DNA from: Rhodothermales bacterium
GTDB lineage: Bacteria > Bacteroidota > Rhodothermia > Rhodothermales > VXPQ01
Assembly: GCA_965248175.1 (NCBI GenBank)
Contig: OZ252093.1
Coordinates: forward strand, 596,148 to 660,147
Length of the DNA: 64,000 nt
Direction: 5' to 3'
Below are positions 1-9,200 of this stretch, one piece after another. Made by a program: the position numbers and the translations under genes. How positions within the stretch are numbered: position 1 is the first letter of the stretch; each line of letters starts with the position of its first letter. The notes under the pieces were generated by a model, which saw only the letters and a program-made list of their open reading frames with translations, had not been told where the DNA came from and did no database searches.

Positions 1-650
1 CAAGTTGTCGCTGAGTATCCCCCTTCTCGAACAACGCCCAGGCAACCGAAACCTTGAGGTCCAGTGAGTCGCTGTCGCCAAAGCGCGCAATGAGCTCGTC
101 ATAGGCCGCAAGCGCCGACAAAAAATCACCGGATTCCCCGTGCATATCCGCCTTTTGACACAACGCCCAGGCAACCGGAAACTGACTTTCCAGGGCATCG
201 CTGCCGCCAAAACGCTCGATCAACGCTTCGTAAGACACAATCGCCGATGCGAAATCGTCGAGATCTTTGTGCATATTCCCCTTGTGGAGCAATGCCCAGG
301 GAATCGAATACAAGCATTCCGGCGCTTCGCTGTCGCCAGAGCGCTCGATCAGGTCTTCATAGATTGCAATCGCCGATCCGAAATCGCCGAGCTCCCTTTG
401 CATATCCCCCTTGTCAAACAACGCCAAAACAACCACAGTCTGGCATTCCGGTGCTTCGCTGTCACCGAAGCGCTTGATCAGGTCTTCATAGGTCGCAATC
501 GCCGCCGTGAAATCGCCGAGTTCCCTTTGCGTATCCCCCTTGTCGGACAATGCCCAGGCGACCCGCATCTGGAGATCGGGGTCGTCAGTGGTGCCGAACC
601 GCACTATCAACTCGTGGTAGGCCATAATCGCCGCCGCGAAATCTCCGGCT
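1..650 (-). repeat. 123-bp periodic coding repeat (41-aa TPR-like units) inside the NTPase gene
   Basis: Recurring caacgcccaggc...gaaatcgccga... blocks are visible on the plus strand. They translate on the minus strand to repeated GDF(x)AAI/Y..LI.RFGDS units. Confidence 0.7.
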
Positions 651-2062
651 TCCTTGTGCGCTTCCGCTTTTTGGAACATCGGGGCAATCTCTTCGAGCAA
701 TCGTTCGACGCGCTCATTGCCGACCGCCGTATCTGGAACGAATACCCGATCTATCCCTGGCCGCGCAATGCCGGGGAACAGTCTGCCGATGTCTGGCGCT
801 TTGGCAATCGCCCGTTTTATCCCTTTGTAGATATTAGGAAATCGCTTCGCTTCTGCAATCATTCCGGGGGACAACTCGGACAACTCTGCCCTGCTGTAAA
901 ACACAGCCATAAAATGGATCAGATTGCTCACAACGGCCGCCTCGTCGCGTTCGCGGCGCAGTTTGTAGTAGATGCTGTAAAGACGTTCCGCGGCAGCGTA
1001 AAGCCACTTCTTGCCGCTCCTTTCCACAATGACCATACCCCGGTCGACGAGTCGGCCAAGTAGGGCCGATACGGTCCGAACGTCCATGCGGGCCCGCGCC
1101 GCGATCTCGCCCGTGCTTGATGGGCGCCAAAGGTCGATCGCCGCGAGATACACCCGGCGCTCGGTCTTGGCCAGCGCCTCCAGATGACCACGGAAATACT
1201 CGGTGTGGTCGTCGATCAATTGCACCAGCTCTTCCATCAACTGACTCAGAGACCGGTGCCGCACGAACCCGGAAAGAATAACCACGAGGCGGGGGCTGCC
1301 CCCGGTCAGAATCTCGAGTGGTCTGATTTCGCGCCCGCTCACTTCGTCTCCGCTGACCACTTGCCACAAGCGTCGGCATTCTTCCGTATCCAGCGGGTCG
1401 AGATCAATGGTTCGGAACAACTCGAAGAACGGCTGCTCCACATCGCCCAACCCCTCGAAGTGGCTCGTAGCGGTGGCGAGCAGCATGATCTGCGATTCCG
1501 ATTGCAGCGCCCCGCGAAGTCGCCAGCCGAAATCGTCGTCCACATTTTCGCAGAGGTCCTGCATGTTTTCGATCATGAGGACAAGTTTTTTGCCCAGCTG
1601 GTCCGCAGCCTCCAGAACCGTGGCGCGGGCGTGATCGACAAGCGCCTCCTCGCTCCACCGCTTGACCAGGTCGGCATGCGCCTCTTGTAACTCCCACGCG
1701 AGTTCGGGATCGTGCCCGGCGCTCTCCCGCGCAAGGTAAAACAATGTCTCGAGCCAAAAATCCGCAAGACCGAATATCTCGTGACTTTCCTCCATGAACC
1801 GAACCGGCAAAAGGCGCCTGGAGAGTTCAGTGTCGGTGTTCAACGCCGCCGCAACCCGGGCCAGCAGCATGGTCTTGCCCTGACCGCGAGGCGCAACGAT
1901 CAGGACAGGCTGGCACAAGAACGCATTGATGTTCCTGTGGAGAATATCAAGCACAACGCCGAGCTCGCGCTCCCTGACCACGAACTGTTCGATGATCTCC
2001 TCGTCGGACTGGAACGTCCCGGGATTGAACGTGCGGATGGTTCGGCTGCGTGATTCATTCAT
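1..2062 (-). CDS. P-loop NTPase (archaeal-ATPase/STAND-like) with internal winged helix and C-terminal TPR-like repeats; 3' end runs off the left edge
   Basis: My own minus-strand translation from the ATG at 2062 (MNESRSRTIRTFNPG...) stays open to position 1. It is absent from the ORF track because no stop lies in the window. Walker A APRGQGKT (~1880-1900). Walker B-like LVLMIENMQD (~1570-1590). MarR-like wHTH (RVYLAAIDLWRPSSTGEIAARARMDVRTVSALLGRLVDRGMVIV). Then at least 5 units of a 41-aa repeat, GDFxxAIxxYxxLIxRFG...AWAL. Confidence 0.75.
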   Translation of the reverse strand, partial: MNESRSRTIRTFNPGTFQSDEEIIEQFVVRERELGVVLDILHRNINAFLCQPVLIVAPRGQGKTMLLARVAAALNTDTELSRRLLPVRFMEESHEIFGLADFWLETLFYLARESAGHDPELAWELQEAHADLVKRWSEEALVDHARATVLEAADQLGKKLVLMIENMQDLCENVDDDFGWRLRGALQSESQIMLLATATSHFEGLGDVEQPFFELFRTIDLDPLDTEECRRLWQVVSGDEVSGREIRPLEILTGGSPRLVVILSGFVRHRSLSQLMEELVQLIDDHTEYFRGHLEALAKTERRVYLAAIDLWRPSSTGEIAARARMDVRTVSALLGRLVDRGMVIVERSGKKWLYAAAERLYSIYYKLRRERDEAAVVSNLIHFMAVFYSRAELSELSPGMIAEAKRFPNIYKGIKRAIAKAPDIGRLFPGIARPGIDRVFVPDTAVGNERVERLLEEIAPMFQKAEAHKEAGDFAAAIMAYHELIVRFGTTDDPDLQMRVAWALSDKGDTQRELGDFTAAIATYEDLIKRFGDSEAPECQTVVVLALFDKGDMQRELGDFGSAIAIYEDLIERSGDSEAPECLYSIPWALLHKGNMHKDLDDFASAIVSYEALIERFGGSDALESQFPVAWALCQKADMHGESGDFLSALAAYDELIARFGDSDSLDLKVSVAWALFEKGDTQRQL

Positions 2063-2218
2063 TGCATGTGTCCAGGTTATTCCGCATCGGAACAGCGCTT
2101 TTGCAGGAGGATATGGCGGGCACGGATCGCATCCGCACTATCTGCAACCCCCGGTCGCGATTAAAAAAATCCTCGTCGCTTACCCAGCGGCCAGTTGACG
2201 ATCTCATGGTATTTGCAT

Positions 2219-2287
2219 TTATTCAACAAAATTGCTGAATTCAATATAATGCTCAGAAAAATTGATGTCAACCGATTTGTTGAATAA
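2219..2287. promoter_or_regulatory. 12-bp perfect inverted repeat (TTATTCAACAAA / TTTGTTGAATAA) bracketing a promoter-like element; candidate operator
   Basis: Arms at 2219-2230 and 2276-2287 with a 45-bp AT-rich spacer that contains the -35/-10 pair listed next. Confidence 0.4.
2243..2271 (-). promoter_or_regulatory. sigma70-like promoter TTGACA-N17-TATATT directed at the NTPase gene
   Basis: The reverse complement of 2243-2271 reads TTGACAtcaatttttctgagcatTATATT. It lies about 180 nt upstream of the ATG at 2062. Confidence 0.4.
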
Positions 2288-2686
2288 TTTTCCGATTGGC
2301 TTGCTACGCTGCCCCAGATACCTCCCCCGCACCGTCAACCGGTACTTCTGATTCTTCGCGGTGGGCGATTCTGGACGAGTCATTTCCACCAGCCCCATGC
2401 GTCCATTGCCATCCTCAAAAGGGTGAATGAACTGGAATTCGTAATGAAAGACCGAACTGGCGATGAGCGGTGCTCATCGGTATCGCCAAGCCATGCCAAC
2501 AGGTTAGCTATGCGGCGCGGCACGGATTCTGCAGGCGGGCCGATGTGATTTTCTCCGCCGTTTATAACGCCAGTGCGGCGAACCAGGCATCCGGAATCAG
2601 ATTGCCTCGCGTTTCCGCATCCCGATAGAGCCGCGTGACCAGGCTGTTACGCCAAGAGCCCACCATCGCTTGGCTACCGACCCTGC

Positions 2687-3178
2687 TCATAGACGGTAGA
2701 ATGTAATCAGGTCCTGGCTATCCGGCGGCTGGGCGCCGAGTTGGCGCAACATCGTTGTGACCTGCCCACGGTGATAGGAGGCATGGTTTACAACATGCTG
2801 CACAGACTGCCAGAAAACGGACTTTGTCGGCTTGCCACCGAGATTGGTGTAGTGGAACACATGGTTGAGACCGTCCGGACTGAGTTGATTGACGAATCGC
2901 CGCACTCGGTGTTCCTCCTCAATCCAGCACGCGCGAACATCCTGCACGGTCTCGAAATCATTCGAGTCGAGATGCCCATGCAGAGATTTCCCCTCCCAGC
3001 GCAAGCGCCACACCCTTTCAGCAAACACGATGTGGAGTAACGTGTCCCGAATGGAGGGAAAACTGTTCCCCATATTCCGATGGAAGTGGTCGGGCGTGAT
3101 CTCCTCAACCGCATCGAGCAGCCGGTCTCGGGGCCAATAGTGATAGTCAAGCAGGGCAAGCAGTGCTTCCAGCGTCAT
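2687..3178 (-). CDS. DinB-family (DinB_2-like) metal-dependent protein
   Basis: MTLEALLALLDYHYWPRDRLLDAV...HIVFAERVWRLRW...NHASYHRGQVTTMLRQLG is a typical DinB four-helix signature. I prefer the internal ATG at 3178 over the track start at 3271. Confidence 0.85.
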   Translation of the reverse strand: MTLEALLALLDYHYWPRDRLLDAVEEITPDHFHRNMGNSFPSIRDTLLHIVFAERVWRLRWEGKSLHGHLDSNDFETVQDVRACWIEEEHRVRRFVNQLSPDGLNHVFHYTNLGGKPTKSVFWQSVQHVVNHASYHRGQVTTMLRQLGAQPPDSQDLITFYRL

Positions 3179-3281
3179 ATCGATCACATCCCCCGTATCG
3201 TAGCGCCGGGCACGAGTCCGGTTCCCTGAAACAGCGGCAGGTCGACGGCAGGGCGCTCCGCGGCGCTCCATGCGCGGCGCC

Positions 3282-6200
3282 TCAAGGTTTTCGCGCGAGC
3301 GTTTCCGGGGGTCTTGTTCGGTCTTTATCCTCGGCAGCGCCTATGTCCCTGCGCGGCGCATCCCACTCAACGGACGCCGGCTCAGGCACACGGCCTGATC
3401 CCCGCGGCGAAAAACGCAAAAACACGGTCCCTTCCTCGGGCATACGGTCCAATGGGATACGCACGCGGCTGCGTGTGTACACCAGCGTCTCGCGGCGACC
3501 CAGCTCACGACCGTCCCCGTCGTACACCACCACCTCGCCCGCAAACGGATGATCCGCTGTCTCCAGCAAAAACGTCGTGGACATCGGACCCACAAACGAT
3601 ATTGACAACAGCGTAGCACGTAGCTGAGAGGCGCCTTCCCCAGGGACATACACCCCCGGAACACGCATCGTCACTCGGGCCGTCCTGTCGCCCGTAACCT
3701 CCTCGGGCATTTGATCCGTACGGACATACTGACGCGGCTCGGACACTACATCGAAAAACGTCGCGTACCCCTTCTCTGCCATAGCCGCAAGCGCTCCTTC
3801 CTGCAACCCATACCGGACCAGACCCTTTTCACCGGGCTGCAAAACCAGAACACCCGGATGAATGTCCACCACCTTGGACAAATCGCCCAGATGCGATCCC
3901 GAAGCATCCTCAACCACCACCTCGCGGCCATTCTCCGTCGCCTCCGTATAGCCAAAACGGGCCGATACTGAAATCTCCAGCGGAATGAGCGACGGGTTCG
4001 ACAGCTCGAACACCCCGTTAGGCTTCTCATCGGTCAAAAACGCAACATCGGGGTAGATGCTCAGGTTCTGCTCCTCGGTCAAGCCGACAGGAATCTCCCG
4101 CGACGTACTGAAACGCACCCCGCCCGGGCCTATCGTGATCACCCGCTGCGCAGGAATCACCGTCACGTCCACCTCTACCGAATGCGTCTCCTCGCTCTCA
4201 CCCGAACTAAGAATGATGTCCAGGCTCCCTGTATACTGCCCCGAAAGTACGCCTGTAAGGTCCAGCTCGCCCCCGAAGCGAAGAAGACGGCAGGCGTCCT
4301 CCGAAAGCGTCACCTCCGTATACAGACCGCCAACGGCCTGGGACGACAACTGCTCGCACGACTCCGCAAGTGACCACTGTGGCGCAAGAACGATCGAAGT
4401 AGCCTCGATGCCCCCCTCGCGCCGGAGCATCACCGGTGACGCCAGCTCGATGGACAAATCCATCTCCCCGTTCTCATCAAGCGCTTCGCTGCCACCCGGC
4501 GAAAGCGTCATACGGCCCGCATGGTATGGTCCCGATACGCGCGTCGATATCTGATCCGTCATCGGATCCAGCGACACCTGCGTCTCCGCCGACTGCACCC
4601 CGAAACGCAACGACGACGCACTTACCGTTACCCCAAGAGACAATGGCTCCGGCAACTCCGATGAAGTCTCCGCCACGGGCACAGAAGTAGGCTCTTCCGC
4701 AGGCACCACCTCTATGGAAAACGTGATCTGCGCCGTCTCGGCGTTGGCGTCGGTGACTTGCCACGTGTACTCCGTCCGGGGACTTACCTCCAAAGGCGTA
4801 CCGGAGATCGTGCGCGTCGTATCGTCGTCGACTTTAAGGCGCAAGCCGCGGGGTAGCACCGGCTCGAGCGTGTAGGTATACGGAGATAAACCACCTGTAG
4901 CTTCCGGAAGAAGAATATCTTCGATGACCTCGCCTACCGTAAAGATGTATACCCGACCGGCTATCGCGTCGTCCAAAGCAAGCGGCGCCCCGTCAAGCAC
5001 CGTCACCATAACCTCTGCCGAAGCGTCTTCCGCATTGTCCGCGCTCGCCGTTAAAAGGTACTTGTATGTCGTCGTCGAGTCTACATCGTCCGGCACGTAG
5101 AAGGTTGGCGAAGAAATGTTCGCCCTGCTCAAGAGGTCCGTGTTCGCCGTACTGTCCCGGGCCGTCCAGACGTATGTGTACTCGGGACCCGCAGGGGCGC
5201 CCGAAGCCGTGCAGTCGAAGGCGAAGTCCTCGGACCCCTCGTACACCGAACCAGGATCCGTGCACACTACCGCAAGCGTTTCCTTGTTAAGCACCGTCAC
5301 CACAACCTCTGCTGCCCGGTCTTCCGCATTCTCTACCGAGACCGTCAGAAGGTACTCGTAGTCCGTTGTCTCATCCACTGCGTCCGGCACGTAGAAGGTC
5401 GGCGAAGAAATGTCCGTCGCGCTCAATTGCAACGTGTTTTGCGTATCGCCCTGGGCCGTCCAGACGTATGCGTACCCGGAGCCCGCAGGAGTGCCCGAAG
5501 CCGTGCAGTCCAGCGTAATGTCCTCCGAGCCTTCGTACACCGAACCAGGATCCATGCACACCACCCTCAGGGCCCCGCGATTAAGCACCGTCACGGTCAC
5601 CTCAGCCGCCCCGTCTTCCATATTCTCTGCACTGGCCGTCAGAAGGTACTCGTACGTCGTCGTCTCGTCTACCTCATCCGGCACGTAGAAGGTCGGCGAA
5701 GAAATGTCCGTCGCGCTCAATTGCAACGTGTTTGCCGTATCGCCCTGGGCCGTCCAGACGTAGTCGTACTCGGAACCCGCAGGTGCACCCGAAGCCGTGC
5801 AGTCCAGCGTAATGTCCTCCGATCCCTCGTACACCGAAGCAGGCGATGCACATACCACGCTCAGGGCCCCGCGGTTAAGCACCGTCACGGTCACCTCTGC
5901 CGAACCAGACTCCGCATTGTCTGCCGATACCGTCAGCAGGTACTCGTACGTCGTCGTCTCGTCTACCTCATCCGGCACATAGAAGGTCGGCGAAGGAATG
6001 TCCGTCGCACTCAATTGAGCCGTGTTCGCCGTACTCCCCCGAGCCGTCCATGCGTACGTGTAGTCGGAACCCCCCGGGGCACCCGAAGCCGTGCAGTCCA
6101 GCGTAATGTCTTCCGACCCCTCATAGACCGAAGGCGGATCCACACATACGACGCTCAAGGCGCCGCGGTTAAGCACCGTCACCGTCACTGCTGCCGAACC

Positions 6201-9200
6201 GGACTCCGCATTCTCCGCCGAAACCGTCAAAAGGTACTCGTACGTCGTCGTCGCATCCAACTGATCCGGCACGTCGAACGTCGGGGTGGGACCGTCCATA
6301 CCGGCTATCAAGAGATCCGTGTTCACCGTACTCCCCTGGGCCGTCCAGGCGTATTCGTAGGCAGAGCCCACAGGCGCACCCGAAGCCGAGCAGTCCAGGT
6401 CGAAGTCCGCCGACCCCTCATAGACCGAAGGCGGATCCACACATACGACGCTCAAGGCGCCGCGGTTAAGCACCGTCACCGTCACTGCTGCCGAACTGGA
6501 CTCCGCATTCTCCGCACTGGCCGTCAAAAGGTACTCGTACGTTGTCGTCGCATCCAACGCATCCGGCACGTCGAACGTCGGGGTGGGACCGTCCGTACCG
6601 GCTATCAAGAGATCCGTGTTCGCCGTCGCGCCCCGCGCCGTCCAGACGTATTCGTAGTCGGAACCCACAGGCGCACCCGAAGCCGAGCAGTCCAGGGTGA
6701 AATCCTCCGCGCCTTCGTACACCAAAGGAGGGGGCGCACAAGCAACAGCCAGCGTGCCGCGGTTAAGCACCGTCACCGTCACCTCTGTCGAACCAGACTC
6801 CGCATTCTCCGCACTGGCCGTAAACAGGTACTCGTATGTCGTTGTCGCATCCAATGCATCCGGCACCGCGAACGTCGGGGTGGGGCCGTCCGTGCCACTG
6901 GTCAAAAGATCCGTGTTCACTGTACTCCCCCGTCCCGTCCAGACGTACACGTACTCGGAACCCACAGGCGCCCCCGAAACCGAGCAGTCCAGGTCGAAGT
7001 TCGTCGACCCCTCATAGACCGAAGGAGGATCCACACATACGACGCTCAAGGCGCCGCGGTTAAGCACCGTCACCGTCACTGCTGCCGAACCGGACTCCGC
7101 ATTCTCAGCACGTGCCGTCAGCAGGTACTCGTACGTTGTCGCCCGGTCCAACGCATCCGGCACGTCGAACGTCGGGGTGGGGCCGTCCGTACCGCTGGTC
7201 AAAAGATCCGTGTTCACTGTACTCCCTCGTCCCGTCCAGACGTACACGTAGTCGGAACCCACAGGCGCACCCGAAGCCGTGCAGTCCAGGGCAAAATCCT
7301 CCGAGCCTTCGTACACCAAAGGAGGAGGCGCACAAGCAACAGCCAGCGTACCGCGGTTAAGCACCGTCACCGCCACCTCTGCCGTCGCGTCTTCCGCATT
7401 CTCAGCACGTGCCGTCAGCAGGTACTCGTACGTCGTCGTCGCCTCCAGCTGATCCGGCACCGCAAACGTCGGGGTGGAACTGTCCGTAGCGCTCAGCAAG
7501 TCCGTGTTTGCCGTCGCGCCTCTGGCTGTCCACTCGTACGTATAATCGGTGTCTCCCGTATCCCCTGAAATCGAACAGTCCAAAGCGAAGTCTTCCGAGC
7601 CCTCGTACACCAAAGGAGGCGATGCGCAAACAAGCGCAATCGAACCAAGCTTAAGCACCTTCACCGCTACCTCTGCCGTCGCATCTATCGCATTCTCGGC
7701 CGAGACGGTTAGCAGGTACTCATACGTCTTGTCTTCGTCCACCTCCTCCGGCACGTCGAATGTCGGGGTGGGGCCGTCCGTAGCGCTGACGAGAAGATCC
7801 GTGTTCGACGTCGTGCCCCGTCCCGTCCACACGTACGTGTAGTCGGAACCCGCGGGAGCCCCTGTAGCCGCACAATCCAAAGCGAAGTCCTCCGATCCCT
7901 CATACACCGGAGAAGGCGTCGCGCACACAACATCCAACGCCTTCTTGTTCAGCACCGTCACGGTCACCTCTTGCGCCGCGTCTTCCGCATTCTCTGCCGA
8001 TACGGTCAGCGTGTATTCGTAGTCCGTGTCTGAGGGCACCTCCTCCGGCACGTCGAACGTCGGCTTCGCAATAGTCGTACTGCTCAACTGGCCCGGGACC
8101 ACGGTACTACCGCGTCCCGTCCAGACGTAGTCGTACTGGGAACCCTGAGGAGCACCCGAAGCCGAGCAGTCCAGATCGAAGTCCGCCGCGCCTTCGTACA
8201 CCGGAGCGGGAGGCCCACATATCAGCGTGAGCGGCTTCTTGTTAAGCACCGTCACGGTAACGTCTTCGGTGACATCATCAATGCCCGAAGCCGACAGCGT
8301 CACCGTGTAGTCGTAGTCCGTGTCCGCATCTACATTGTCTGGCACATCGAACGTTGGCTTCAGGATAGTCGTGCCGCTCAACCGATTGGCAATATCCGTA
8401 CCCGTCCACGCGTACGTAGCGCCCGTCGGCTCGTTCGTCACTGAACAGTCCAGAGTAAAATCAGTCGCCCCCTCGTACACCTCGCTATCTGTGCATGTGA
8501 GCGAAGGATCCGCCGAATCCGTGTCCTTCACCGTCACCGTAACCTCAACAAGACCGGGCACCGCATTCTCCGCCGAGACCGTCACCAGGTACTGGTAGAT
8601 CTGGTCGCTCTCCACCTCGCCAGGTACGTAGAACGTGGGGGCATCAATGTCCCTCCTACTCAACAACGCCAGCGCCGTAACCGGCGTATCGCCCCGCACC
8701 GTCCATGCGTACGTATATTCAGGATTCTCGCCCGGAGCACCCGTCGCCACGCAACTCATGACAAAGTTCTCTGAACCCTCGTTCACCTCGTAACGGTTGC
8801 CCAGACACCTGGCCGTTATAGATGGCTTGCTCAGCACGGTAACGGTAACGTCTTCGACGACATCATCCATGCCATCGGCCGACATCGTAACCGTGTAGTC
8901 GTAGTCCGTGTCCGCATTGACACCCGGTACATAAAACGTTGACTTCAGAATAGTCGTACTGCTCAACCGATTGGCAATGTCCGTACCCGTCCAACTGTAC
9001 GTAGCGCCCGGCGGCTCGTTCGTCACCGAACAGTCCAGCGTAAAATCGGCCGAGCCCTCGTATACCTCCGAATCTGAACAAGTGACAACAGGATCCGTCG
9101 AATCCGTATCCCTAACCGTCACCGTAACCTCGGCAGTACCATCCTCCGCATTATCCGCGCTCGCCGTTACCGTGTACGTCCAGGTCGTATCCTGGTCTAC

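Larger units (their letters stand above)
2219..2690 (-). pseudogene. Gene debris: a Fic/DOC-family fragment (HPFEDGNGR motif, frameshifted, N-terminally truncated) preceded by a VapC/PIN-like C-terminal fragment
   Basis: Minus-strand frames give ...NGGENHIGPPAESVPRRIANLLAWLGDTDEH, a frame shift near 2470, then PLIASSVFHYEFQFIHPFEDGNGRMG... with a stop at 2219-2221. Upstream, in another frame, MSRVGSQAMVGSWRNSLVTRLYRDAETRGNLIPDAWFAALAL-stop resembles the GNLVPDAHLAALA end of VapC toxins. Its ATG overlaps the DinB stop (ATGA). Confidence 0.5.

Noticed and set aside
140-2053. Three plus-strand track ORFs (140-1063, 1184-1690, 1712-2053) covering the first 2 kb
   Set aside because: Their products are Arg/His-rich and low-complexity. 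The opposite strand gives a clean Walker A/B NTPase, wHTH and TPR protein that is continuous from 2062 to the edge, so these are antisense shadows.
3282-3700. T9SS C-terminal sorting domain in the giant protein (the segment VVVYDGDGRELGRRETLVYTRSRVRIPLDRMPEEGTVFLRF looks CTD-like)
   Set aside because: It is followed by ~45 further charged or disordered residues instead of ending the protein, and I cannot verify it without a profile search. It is left as an open question, not a call.
5427-7568. 713-aa plus-strand ORF inside the giant gene
   Set aside because: It is extremely Arg-rich and periodic (RHRHxxRTGLRIL...). It is the antisense of the homogenised repeat block, open only because the same stop-free unit is reiterated.
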